NCBI RefSeq assembly: GCF_035084215.1 | Contig: NC_090350.1 | Location: forward strand, 43,338,001-43,402,000 | Source: Heptranchias perlo | Taxonomy: Eukaryota | Reading direction: 5' to 3' | Length of the DNA: 64,000 nt | Part shown: positions 1 through 11,911 of the stretch, piece by piece | How positions within the stretch are numbered: the stretch's first letter is position 1 | Layout: each line of letters starts with the position of its first letter | Translations under genes and position numbers: made by a program | The notes under the pieces: model-generated | What the model saw: the letters and a program-made list of their open reading frames with translations, nothing else | Databases searched by the model: none | What the model was told of the DNA's origin: nothing

Positions 1-379
1 TTTTCTTTTGTTTCTCTAAATGCTGAATACTCCTCCCACATGCTCACTCCATGTGCATCGCTCCCCCCACCCCTCCAATTTCCTATGCTAACTTAGTCTT
101 TGCTAGGGGCTCAAAACCTGGGACCTCATTACCTCCCTCAGTCTCCTGCCTACAATCTCCAGACTTTTTAAACCTATGCCAGATATCAAACAATCATTAC
201 ACTCTGATTTCCCTTGTATTCTCTTCCATTCATTTCAACCCTGGTGGTTTCCTGCACTTTGGGCCTTGGTTCTTCAAGTGAGCTTCTCGATTGTACAAAA
301 CAAAAGTTGATATGATCTAATTTTATTGGAATCTCTTGGTTGGTAGAGAGACGAAAGGAGCTCTTGAACGGAGTTTAGG

Positions 380-1090
380 AGCTGTCCCTCTCTCTGTGTC
401 CCTCCCTGCCCTCTCTCTCTCTCTGTCCCTCCCTCCCTCTCTGTCCGTCTCTATCTCTCTCTGTCCGTCCCTCTCTCTCTCTCTCTCTGTCCGTCCNNNN
501 NNNNNNNNNNNNNNNNNNNNNNNNNNNNNNNNNNNNNNNNNNNNNNNNNNNNNNNNNNNNNNNNNNNNNNNNNNNNNNNNNNNNNNNNNNNNNNNNNNNN
601 NNNNNNNNNNNNNNNNNNNNNNNNNNNTGCCTGTCCCTCTCTTTCTCTCTCTCTCCATGTCCGTTCCACTCTCTGTCTCTGTCCATCCCCGTTCTCCCCC
701 CAGTCCGTCCCTCTCTCTCTCTCTCTCTGTCCGTCCCTCTCTCTCTCTCTCTCTCTCTGTCCGTCCCTCTCTCTCTCTCTCTCTGTCCGTCCCTCTCTCT
801 CTCTGTCCGTCCGTCCCTCTCTCTCTCTGTCCGTCCGTCCCTCTCTCTCTCTGTCCGTCCGTCCCTCTCTCTCTGCCTGTCCCTCTCTTTCTCTCTCCAT
901 CCCCGTTCCCCCCCCAGTCCGTCTCTGTCTCTTTCTCTCTCTCTCTCTGTCCGTCCCTCTCTCTCTCTCTCTCCATGTCCGTCCCCCTCTCTCTCTGTCC
1001 GTCTCTCTCTCTGTCCGTCTCTCTCTCTGTCCGTCTCTCTCCCTGTCCATCCCCGTTCCCCCCGAGTCCGTCTCCGTCTCTCTCTGTCAT
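380..1090. repeat. (CT)n/CCGT low-complexity satellite containing an assembly gap (N at 497-627)
   Basis: Direct inspection; explains the ER/SL-repetitive ORFs. Confidence 0.95.
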
Positions 1091-1389
1091 TAATCACCTG
1101 TTTGGGATGGAATCATTAAGATGCAGCATTGATTTCTCTTGAAGCTCAGACTGCACTTCTCCATAATAACTCGATTTACAGGACTGGTTTAATTGCAGGC
1201 TTCTCATGAACATTGTCCATTTTGAGATAGACACGTATTTAGAATGATTCATAATTCAAACTATTGTCTGAATAAAATCTGTAATTACCGTGCCTTTGTA
1301 TAAAGTATTTACCATTCCGCAGATGAATTATGATTCAACTAATGACTTACTCATCAACAAATATCCTTTTCCTCTTCTGTCCTGTAGGC

Positions 1390-1720
1390 ACCGATTCTTG
1401 CTGGGTATTGTTCCACAGGCTCTGATTGCCCTCTTGTACTACAGCCAAGTGGTTGTCCAGTGCTGCCCTAGACAATGTGTGTTGACCGGCTGGTCAACCA
1501 TGGGGGAGTGACACAACCTATTCCAATCCTGTGCTCACCTGACAAGCTCACACACGCACATTCCAACAAGTGTCACTGCGTAGTGATCAGGAGTAGGATC
1601 CCTGGTTGTTCCTTTAATCACCCTCCTCCCTAGCCCAGGGGCACTGCGAACAATTATCGTGCCTCTGTAACTACTCTAGCGGAAATCAGCTAGCTCCATC
1701 CTGATCTGTATGACCCTTTA
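1390..1720 (-). mobile_element. Degenerate SINE-like dispersed repeat (related copies near 6780, 15900, 43790, 44640, 45660, 49370, 51680)
   Basis: Shared blocks such as ccctagcccaggggcactg and tcctgtcctcgcctgac recur across the window. Confidence 0.55.
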
Positions 1721-2099
1721 CAAAATGAGGCATTGCGTAGGGGAGAGTTCTCACTTTTAACTTGTGGCCTTTAACCAGGGTCGCCAGATGTTTAGATACA
1801 ATGATCCACTGATAGTTATATTTTAACTCATAACTTTACTCAAATATGCACTTTACATTGCTCCTAACTATACCTGTCTGGCTGTCTGTGTGCTGAGGTT
1901 AGCCTTGGGACTGTGCAGGGACAGCGCTATCAGTCCAGTCTGGGTAAGGTTTGGTTTTAATTTGTCCAAATTTGATAGTCACTGTAGGAGATTTTAATTT
2001 TCTGAATTACCCACAAGGAGTGGGCACATTCTGGTCTGTGAAGCCCCCACCACGTATTGACCTGGGTGTTGGTGGCATGTTCGGTGAAGGGCATGAGTT

Positions 2100-2490
2100 G
2101 AGGGATGACCTGATAGAGGTCTTTAAGATTATGAAAGGGTTTGATAGGGTAGATGTAGAGAAGATGTTTCCACTTGTGGGGGAGACCGAAACTAGGGGCC
2201 ATAAATATAAGATAATCACTAATAAATCCAATAGGGAATTCAGGAGAAATTTCTTTAACCAGAGAGTGGTGAGAATGTGGAACTCGCTACTACAAGGAGT
2301 AGTTGAGGCAAATAGCGCAGATGCATTTTAGGGGAAGCTGGATAAGCACATGAGGGAGAAGGGAATAGAAGGATATGCTGATAGGATTAGATGATGAAAA
2401 ATGGGGGGAGGAGGCTCACGTGGAGCATAAACACCGGCATGGACCAGTTGGGCCGAATGGCCTGTTTCTGTGCTGTACATTCTTTGTAAT
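2100..2490 (+). mobile_element. CR1 LINE 3' fragment
   Basis: RDDLIEVFKIMKG...TRGH...FFNQRVVRMWNSL plus CR1 3'UTR. Confidence 0.9.
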
Positions 2491-2846
2491 CCTTTGAGTT
2501 TCCTGTAATCAGCAGGTTCAAACTATTTATAGCATTCATTCAAAGTTATAAACTAAAACCTAATGTCAAATTAAAAAAAACCCTTGGGCTGTCGTTCCAG
2601 CTGATTGACTATGGGTTGTGACCAGGGCCGACAGCTGTGGCAGTGAATGCTGACATGGGCATTCAGTACTGGCAATGTCACAGACGGCTAAGATGTTAAA
2701 CTCAAGAAGTATTTTAGTAAATTGCGTGGAACTGCTGCAGATTCATGAGTTCAGGTCTGAGGAACAACAAGTTCTCAAGCAATTGCTCTCTTTCTGAGTC
2801 CCCTCCCCCACCCCTGGATTAAAAGCTGTTCCTTTACATTGTTCAG

Positions 2847-2903
2847 GGAATTGAAATCAAGTCGAATAACGGGCTGCACTTTATCACAGGAACCACGGTA
2901 AAT
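2847..2903 (+). CDS. CNKSR1: CNKSR1 coding exon (PDZ N-part, GIEIKSNNGLHFITGTTVN)
   Basis: ttgttcag| acceptor, |gtaagt donor, 57 nt phase 0-0; matches CNK-family PDZ motif GxxIKSxxxGLHxITGTTxN. Confidence 0.9.
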
Positions 2904-3299
2904 GTAAGTGAAATTTATTCATCTCAATCTCTCCCACACGGTCTCTCTTTTCGGTGTTGCTCATTTTGTATGTGTGTGCACGATTTGAGTTCCCTGTCTC
3001 TGTGAGTCTTGGTCAGTCCACTGTCTGTATGTGTCACTTTCCCTGTCCATTTCTCTCTTAAATTGTGCTTGCGGTATGGGTGACACTGGCAAGGCTGTGT
3101 TTATTGCCCACAGCCTTAAAAGCTGTTGATGGGCTGCCTCCTTGAACTGGAGGTTCTCCCCCCATGTGTGAATCTTTGTCTGTCTCTTTACGTGTCTGCG
3201 TGTGAGTGTGTGTGTGTGTCTCTCACTTTTCCCCTCCTTTTCTCTGTGTCTCTCTCTCCCTCTCTGTTTTCTGCCGGCCGTCCCTCTTGTACTGTACTC

Positions 3300-3595
3300 A
3301 GTATCACCCCCCTCCACCATCAGCGCACTGTGGCAGCACCTCACTCCCCGCAACCTCTACCACTGAGAAGGACAAGAGCAGCAAAGTCGTGGGAACACCA
3401 CCAACTCCATGTTCCCCTCACATCATTGTGACTTGAACATATATCACTGCTCCTAGGAATTCCCTATCGAGCACCATCATCACAAAGACTGCTGCAGTTC
3501 AAAGTCAGGCCCTTCACCACCTATGCAGGGCAACTAGGGATGGACAATAAACATTGCCTTGGCAGCATCTCCCACATCTCCTGAACAATTTTTTT
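3300..3595 (+). mobile_element. HER1-like LINE 3' fragment (old)
   Basis: Similar to 54620-55020; tail gggcaactagggatggacaataaa. Confidence 0.7.
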
Positions 3596-4059
3596 TAAAG
3601 TGCTCATTAGGAATTTACACATATGCTTTTCAACACTTCTAATAATTAAATTTTTCTCACTTGCTTTCACGTTTCCTTGCAGAATATCATTGTTGTGTCC
3701 TGGTGCAAATGTATTTATGCGCTGTGCCTAAAATTCTGAGGCCACACTCAACTCTGGAGGTCAAAGGGTAGCAAATAAAATCTGAAAGTGTCATTTTCCC
3801 ATTTTCTGACCAGCGCTGCAGTATGAGAGATTGGATAGTGAGTGTCAGCAACACAGCCAAGAAATTCCTTTCCTCGCCTGTTATCAATGTATGGCATCAT
3901 CAGGAATGGGAGCCCTGGCTCATTTACATTTTTCCCTTTCTGTAAGAGATCTGAAATCAATTGTACCACCATGACGACTGCCCCAGCTGGGATCAGGGAG
4001 GTGCCACCCAATGTGGTGCTGACGTAAAAGCCAGGAAGGTTCTTGACGTAAATGTCTCA

Positions 4060-4285
4060 GTTCGACACTGGGATGCGTATCTCGGGTCTGTATGGCTCAG
4101 TGCTACACTGCATACTACAACCCTGGTCTGTGTAGCACAGTGCCACACCAGGCAATATAGTACCAGTCTGTGTAGTTCAGTATGATACCAGACTGTACCT
4201 ACTTGGTCAGTGTGGTTTAGCGACACACTGGGTGGTACAGGCCTGATCTGTGTGACTCTGACACACTGGGTGGTATGATTATCTA
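4060..4285. repeat. Degenerate tandem repeat (ggtctgtgtggctcagtg/acact-like units)
   Basis: Recurring imperfect motifs. Confidence 0.5.
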
Positions 4286-4853
4286 CTGAGGACACCTATT
4301 GTTTTTCCCTTTAAAAATCTAATATCTAATTTGGGATTCCATGTAGATGGAGTTTTGGTTCCAGTTGTAGCCAACATGTGATCCATTCTGGAGTTTTTAA
4401 TGTTTTCTCGGGATGGACCTAGATGGCTATAAAAATCCAAGTGGTAGAATCTCGGGGGCAGGTTCAGACAGAGTCGATCTGCTGTACAGAAAATTACCTA
4501 TGTCCTTTGTGAAGATTTGAGGGAATTGCTGCAGAATTCCTGGTAAGGCAGAGGATGGGTTATCGGAGATTCCAAAATTCCATTCTAAAGCACTTGGTTT
4601 TGACCTATCTTATTTTTATGCTGCTGAGTGGGAGAGGGGAATGTTGCAATGTAATGTGTGGTGTACCTGAGAGACGGGCTCAGCTGTGACTGTCCATCTG
4701 ACACAATTGCTATTACAGCCTTTCCGCAGAAGAGGTAATTTATAATTCAGAGAAATGGTACACCTCTCCTGGAGGCTCTGGTCCACATCTCTGGGCTGGA
4801 TTGTCCATGATTGAGTGTTTTTAATGGTGTTGCCTTCACTTCCTGTTCTTCAG

Positions 4854-4922
4854 TCTCCTGCTCACCGCTCTCAGAAGATTCGGCCAGGAGATGAGGTGGT
4901 CCAAGTGAATGATACAGTTGTG
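4854..4922 (+). CDS. CNKSR1: CNKSR1 coding exon (PDZ, SPAHRSQKIRPGDEVVQVNDTVV)
   Basis: ttcttcag| ... |gtaagt, 69 nt phase 0-0; PDZ signature GDEVxQVN. Confidence 0.93.
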
Positions 4923-5009
4923 GTAAGTATCAGGTATCAGACAATCTGTATTGGATGATTTAGGAATGGTATGGATCAGGTGATGGGTGATGGGGTGTGT
5001 ACGGACCGG

Positions 5010-5295
5010 AATAAGGGGTCGCCTGTTTAAGACAGAAATGAGGAGGAGTTTCTTCTCCCACAGGGTTGTGAATCTTTGGAATTCTTTACCTCAAAAAGCT
5101 GTGGAGGCTGAGTCATTGAATACATTCAAGGCTGAGATAGACAAATTTTTGATCAGCAAGGGAGTCAAAGGATATGGGGAAAAGGGCGGGAAAGTGGAGT
5201 TGAGGTAAAAATCAGATCAGCCATGATCTCATTAAATGGCAGAGCAAGCTTGAAGGGCCAAATGGCCTACTCCTGCTCCTATTTCTTATGGTCTT
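5010..5295 (+). mobile_element. CR1 3' fragment flanked by 27-bp direct repeats
   Basis: FKTEMRRSFFSHRVVNLWNSLPQ; tail ttcttatggtcttatg; atgggtgatggggtgtgtacggaccgg at 4983-5009 and 5296-5322. Confidence 0.9.
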
Positions 5296-5689
5296 ATGGG
5301 TGATGGGGTGTGTACGGACCGGGTGATGGGGTGTGACAGGTAAGGGAGAAAGTAGAAATTACAGCACAGAAGGAGGCCATTTGTCCTATCTCTGCTGTAC
5401 CAATGTTAGCTCTTTAACTGGAGCTGACCCTGAGCTACCCCTCTATCCATTCAGCTACTTTCCCTTTAATACCATAGGACTAATTTTGAAAGGCATACTC
5501 CCCATGTAGACCCTTGCTACACAGGAGCACAGGTCACAGAATTGGCCCTATAGTGTTCTAGCCCTGTCTCTGACCCATGCTCCCAACTAGCGAGGCTCTA
5601 TACTGGGAGCAGAGTCTCTCAAAAATTACTTCTTATGTATCTTAAATTTCACTTCTGAAAATCCATATAGACAATCACATTCTCTTTAT

Positions 5690-6410
5690 ACACTCTGTGA
5701 TTTCCTCAAAAAAATCAATTAAATTAGTCAAGCTTGGCCTGCCCTATACAAATCCATGCTAACTGTTCCAGATTAGCCCACACTAATGTTTATTAGTTTC
5801 ATCCTGTGAACCCACTGAGGTGGGACCAACTGCCTATAGTATCTTGGCTCATCCCTTTCCCCTTTCTTGAACAGGAATGTAACCTTTTCCACCCTCCAGT
5901 CCTTTGGCACAATTCCTATTGCCAAAGATTTTTGGATAACTATGGTTGGTACCTCTGCCATCTTTCCCCTGTCCCCAAACCTCCCTCAGTATTCTGGGAT
6001 AATACCACCCGGATCTGCTGATCTTTCAACTTTCAGTCCCATCAACTTTTTTTTTAAGATAGTTTGTTTTTAAATATTTCTCTCCAGTCGTGTCTCTTGC
6101 ACCCTCACCAGATACTCCGACTGTCCCACCATCACCTTCCCCTGTAATACTGAGGAGAGATTCTCATTAAGCATCTCTGTCATTACTTTCCTTTCAAGTA
6201 CAAGGTGGCTCCCTTCTCTGGTTATCCTTTTATTTCTTTTGTGCTTATAAAAGCCCTTGCTTTTTCCCTTTTATGTTGACCACCAATCTTTTTTCTATAT
6301 AATCCATCTCAGCTTTCCTCACCTCCCTTTTTTGCTTTCCTTATGAATTTTTTATTTCTGTTTTCTTCCGTAATGTCCCCAATATTTAACATGCAGCCCT
6401 TTTTTTGAAT
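5690..6410 (-). mobile_element. Old CR1 ORF2 internal fragment
   Basis: VPKDWRVEKVTFLFKKG...YRQL resembles VPEDWRxANVxPLFKKG..NYRPV. Confidence 0.75.
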
Positions 6411-6449
6411 TCCGGCTATTGATCGAAGTTTAGTTGACAATGTAATTTC

Positions 6450-6750
6450 TCATAAGACCATAAGAGACAGGAGCAGGAGCAGGCCATTTGGCCCCTCGAG
6501 TCTGCTCTGCCATTTAGTGAGATCATGTCTGATCTGATTTTTACCTCAACTCCACTTTCCCACCTTTTCCCATATCCTTTGACTCCCTTGCTGATCAAAA
6601 ATTTGTCTAACTCAGCCTTTAATGTATTCAATGACTCAGCCTCCACAGCTTTTTGAGGTAAAGAATTCCAAAGATCCACAACCCTCTGGGAGAAGAAATT
6701 CCTCCTCATTTCCGTCTTAAACAGGCGACCCCTTATTCTGAGACTATGTC
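6450..6750 (-). mobile_element. CR1 3' fragment
   Basis: MRRNFFSQRVVDLWNSLPQ; same subfamily as 5010-5295, opposite strand. Confidence 0.9.
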
Positions 6751-7750
6751 CCCGATCAGTTGACAGCTCCCTAGGTGTCAGTGTGGTACTGAGCCAGACA
6801 GACCAGAGTGCCCAGGTTCAGTGGAGAGCGAGCTGGACCTCCCACCTTGACCCCTAGCTAATGATTGCTGCTGGAAAGTGAGCATGTGCAGATGTTGGGT
6901 GGACACAGATTGAGCTTGACTGCATGATTGCATGTGCTGCCGACATTCATCGGAACATTAGGAACAGGAGGAGGCCATTCAACCCCACAATAAAATCATG
7001 GCTGATCTGTACCTCAACTCCATTTACCTGCCTTCGATCCATATTCCTTGGTATCCTTATCTCACAAAAATTTCACTTGACCCCCAGTATCCACAGTGTT
7101 ATGGGGGAGGGCCACACAAATAATAATCACTTGCACTAGGTACTGCTGCTCATACAATCCCAACCTCAGCAAGAGGCAGCACCTTAAGGAGAGATGAGAA
7201 AAAATCCAGTACTAACTCAAGTTGGATTGATTTGGTGTAAACTTGAAAAACTCTTGTTTGACACAGTCTGGATAGCGATCTTCCCCTCAAGATTATTTTG
7301 TTGTTCTGCGTTTCTGTAACCTCATCACTATCTAGGTAGTTTCCCCATCCCCTCAAATACGGCGCACCATTCCCCTCCCCCCAAATGGGGGAGGGGCCGG
7401 AGAGCTGTTCCCAGCCAGTTGCCAATCCTGTTTCTGAGCATGTGCATGGCATCTTGTGTCCCAGTAAGGAAGCATGCGCCTCTGCCTCTATACCTCCCAC
7501 TTCCACCCCCTCCAAAACCGTCTGTCTGAGATGGGGAATCGCGAGTGCAAAGCCTCACTGTACCAGCCTGTTGCTCAGCGACGATGCAGCGTGCTATTAC
7601 ACTGACACTTCTTAGTCAGAGCTGATCTGCTAAAGTCTCTCTCCTTATTTATTAACACTGGCACCAAAGAGAAACTTTGTTCTAACAGTCTTTGTAATAA
7701 TGAGCTTTCCACTTAAAGACTCTAATTCTTGTTCTTTCCCATGCCATTAG

Positions 7751-7897
7751 GTTGGGTGGACACTGAATAACCTGGTTGCCAAACTGCGGGAAAATCCTAA
7801 TCAAGTGGTTCTTGTTATGAAAAAGGTGCCCCTTGATATATTACCATCTTTCTGTTCCTCAGAGAGTGCACAGCTACAGCAACTCCACCAACCACAG
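7751..7897 (+). CDS. CNKSR1: CNKSR1 coding exon (PDZ end, VGWTLNNLVAKLRENPNQVVLVMKKVP...)
   Basis: cattag| ... |gtgagg, 147 nt phase 0-0; CNK motif VGWxLxNLVxxLRExP...KKxP. Confidence 0.92.
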
Positions 7898-8429
7898 GTG
7901 AGGACAGCCTCTCAATCAATAAATTGAACATTAGACCATATGTAGTGTCATTCTGTTATTAATTGATGATCGGAGGGATTCTCGTGCAGTTATCTGTTGT
8001 CCATGCACCCAGCCTCAGCTCAGTCAGTTCTGGTGAGAATGCCAAACGAAAGGGGTGGGAGGGAGGTGCAACTTGGGAGGAGGAACAAAGGATCCTTTGG
8101 CTTCCCACCGAATTGGTGCCTGGCACTGGCCAATCGCAAAGCAGCATTAATGGTGAATGCAGACAACCCCTTATCCCAGATGATCCCACCCTCCCTGCTG
8201 GGAGAGAATAGCTGGTGGTTACCTGCGAGGGGAAGGAAAAAAAAATAGTTTTGAGATGGTCTTTCATCAATGGAACAGAATTAGTGCAGGTCGACTCGGA
8301 AAGGGACCCGTGGGTAATAGTGGACTCGTCACTGTCAACATCTGGAAGTAATTTGAAAGATAATAGATATTTTACTGAGGTGGTGCTGAGGCTGTGCAAT
8401 GCACTGTCTGATCCCATTTGGAGCACTTG

Positions 8430-8895
8430 AGTGGGGTTCTAGTCTCCACACTATAAAATGGATGTGCCAGTGCTGGAGAGGGTACAAAGGAGAGCAACAA
8501 GAATGATTCCATGTGTAAAAGGATGAACTATCGGGAAAGATTTTTTAAAACTCAATCTATACATAGATCAGGGGGATAGACAAACTGGTGAAATGGGCAG
8601 ACACATGGCAGATGAAATTTAATGCAGAGAAGTGTGAAGTGATACATTTTGGTAGGAAGAATGAGGAGAGGCAATATAAACTAAATGGTACAATTTTAAA
8701 GGGAGTGCAAAAACAGAGAGACCTGGGGATGCACATACACAAATCTTTGAAGGTGGCAGGACAAGTTGAGAAGGCTGTTTTTAAAAAAAAAAGCATATGG
8801 GATCCTGAGTTTAATAATAGAGGCATAGAGTACAAAAGCAAGGAAGTTATGCTAAACCTTTATAAAACACTGGTCAGGCCTCAGCTGGAGTATTA
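8430..8895 (+). mobile_element. CR1 fragments (left part of host CR1 split by a full-length insertion)
   Basis: KWADTWQMKFNAEKC...YKTLVRPQLEY; continues at 13451 with VQFWAPH. Confidence 0.9.
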
Positions 8896-8972
8896 TAGAA
8901 TCATAGAAGTTACAACATGGAAACAGGCCCTTCGGCCCAACATGTCCATGTCGCCCAGTTTATACCACTAAG

Positions 8973-11910
8973 CTAGTCCCAATTGCCTGCACTTGGCCCA
9001 TATCCCTCTATACCCATCTTACCCATGTAACTGTCCAAATGCTTTTTAAAAGACAAAATTGTATCCGCCTCCACTATTGCCTCTGGCAGCTCGTTCCAGA
9101 CACTCATCACCCTTTGAGTGAAAAAATTGCCCCTCTGGACCCTTTTGTATCTCTCCCCTCTCACCTTAAATCTATGTCGCCTCGTTATAGACTCCCCTAC
9201 CTTTGGGAAAAGATTTTGACTATCTACCTTATCTATGCCCCTCATTATTTTATAGACTTCTATAAGATCACCCCTTAACCTCCGACTCTCCAGGGAAAAA
9301 AGTCCCAGTCTATCCAACCTCTCCCTATAAGTCAAACCATCAAGTCCCGGTAGCATCCTAGTAAATCTTTTCTGCACTCTTTCTAGTTTAATAATATCCT
9401 TTCTATAATAGGGTGACCAGAACTGTACACAGTATTCCAAGTGTGGCCTTACTAATGTCTTGTACAACTTCAACAAGACATCCCAACTCCTGTATTCAAT
9501 GTTCTGACCAATGAAACCAAGCATGCTGAATGCCTTCTTCACCACCCTATCCACCTGTGACTCCACTTTCAAGGAGCTATGAACCTGTACTCCTAGATCT
9601 CTTTGTTCTATAACTCTCCCCAACGCCCTACCATTAACGGAGTAGGTCCTGGCCCGATTCGATCTACCAAAATGCATCACCTCACATTTATCTAAATTAA
9701 ACTCCATCTGCCATTCATCGGCCCACTGGCCCAATTTATCAAGATCCCGTTGCAATCCTAGATAACCTTCTTCACTGTCCACAATGCCACTAATCTTGGT
9801 GTCATCTGCAAACTTACTAACCATGCCTCCTAAATTCTCATCCAAAATCATTAATATAAATAACAAATAACAGCGGACCCAGCACCGATCCCTGAGGCAC
9901 ACCGCTGGTCACAGGCCTCCAGTTTGAAAAACAACCCTCTACAACCACCCTCTGTCTTCTGTCGTGAAGCCAATTTTGTATCCAATTGGCTACCTCACCT
10001 TGGATCCCGTGAGATTTAACCTTATGTAACAACCTACCATGCGGTACCTTGTCAAAGGCTTTGCTAAAGTCCATGTAGACCACGTCTACTGCACAGCCCT
10101 CATCTATCTATCTTGGTTACCCCTTCAAAAAACTCAATCAAATTCGTGAGACAAGATTTTCCTCTCACAAAACCATGCTGACTGTTCCTAATCAGTCCCT
10201 GCCTCTCCAAATGCCTGTAGATCCTGTCCCTCAGAATACCCTCTAACAACTTACCCACTACAGATGTCAGGCTCACCGGTCTGTAGTTCCCAGGCTTTTC
10301 CCTGCCGCCCTTCTTAAACAAAGGCACAACATTTGCTACCCTCCAATCTTCAGGCACCTCACCTGTAGCTGTCGATGATTCAAATATCTCTGCTAGGGGA
10401 CCCGCAATTTCCTCCCTAACCTCCCATAACGTCCTGGGATGCATTTCATCAGGTCCCGGAGATTTATCTACCTTGATGCGCGTTAAGACTTCCAGCACCT
10501 CCCTCTCTGTAAAAAGTACACTCCTCAAGACATCACTATTTATTTCCCCAAGTTCCCTAACATCCATGCCTTTCTCAACCGTAAATACCGATGCGAAATA
10601 TTCAGGATCTCACCCATCTCTTGTGGTTCCGCACATAGATGACCTTGTTGATCCTTAAGAGGCCCTACTCTCTCCCTAGTTACTCTTTTGCCCTTTATGT
10701 ATTTGTAGAAGCTCTTTGGATTCTCCTTTGCCTTATCTGCCAAAGCAATCTCATGTCCCCTTTTTGCCCTCCTGATTTCTCTCTTAACTCTACTCCGGCA
10801 ATCTCTATACTCTTCAAGGGATCCACTTGATCCCAGCTGCCTATGCATGTCATATGCCTCCTTTTTTACTAGGGCCTCAATCTCCCAAGTCATCCAAGGT
10901 TCCCTACTTCTACCAGCCTTGCCCTTCACTTTATAAGGAATGTGCTTACCCTGAACCCTGGTTAACACACTTTTGAAAGCCTCCCACTTACCAGACGTTC
11001 CTTTGCCTGCCAACAGACTCTCCCAATCAACTTCTGAAAGTTCCTGTCTAATACCATCAAAATTGGCCTTTCCCCAGTTTAGAATTTTAACTTTTGGGCC
11101 AGACCTATCATTCTCCATAGCTATCTTAAAACTAATGGAATTATGATCACTGGTCCCAAAGTGATCCCTCACTAACACTTCTGTCACCTGCCCGTCCTTA
11201 TTTCCCAAGAGGAGGTCAAGTTTTGCCCCCTCTCTAGTCGGGCCATCCACATACTGAATGAGAAATTCCTCCTGAATACATTCAACTAATTTCTCTCCAT
11301 CCAAGCCCCTAATGCTATGGCTGTCCCAGTCAATGTTGGGAAAGTTAAAGTCCCCCACTATTACCACCCTATTTTTCTTGCAGCTGTCTGTAATCTCCTT
11401 ACATATTTGCTCCTCAATTTCCCGTTGACTATTTGGGGGTCTGTAGTACAATCCTATCAAAGTGATCTCTCCCTTCTTATTTTTCAGTTCTACCCATATA
11501 GACTCCGTGGGCGAACCCTCGGATATATCCCCTCTCACTACTGCCGTGATGTTCTCCCTAATCAAGAACGCAACTCCCCCTCCTCTCTTACCTCCTGCTC
11601 TATCTTTCCTATAGCATCTGTACCCTGGAACATTGAGCTGCCAGTCCTGCCCCTCCCTTAGCCATGTTTCAGTAATAGCTATAACATCCCAGTCCCATGT
11701 ACCCATCCATGCCCTGAGTTCATCTGCCTTGCCCATCAGACTTCTTACATTGAAATAAATGCAGTTTAATCTAGACTTCCCTTGGTCTTTGCCCTGCTTT
11801 CTCAGACCATCGGTCCAGTCATGTTCTGTACACTCTCCCTTACTGCCTTTTGTTTCTGTCACCACTTTACTTTCCACTGACTTCCTGCATCGTTTCCCAT
11901 CCCCCGCCAC
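8973..11910 (-). pseudogene. CR1 ORF2 (APE endonuclease plus RT) with three small frameshifts
   Basis: IAITETW, GDFN, SDHN (APE); [30 protein letters not shown] (RT); frameshifts near 10600, 10105 and 9847. Confidence 0.93.
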
Positions 11911-11911
11911 A

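Noticed and set aside
323-1142. Long ER-rich or SL-rich ORFs
   Set aside because: Translations of a (CT)n-type satellite spanning an N gap
1388-1510. Strong acceptor cctgtag as a possible upstream CNKSR1 exon
   Set aside because: Downstream sequence is a dispersed SINE-like repeat and does not translate into a recognisable CRIC/PDZ segment
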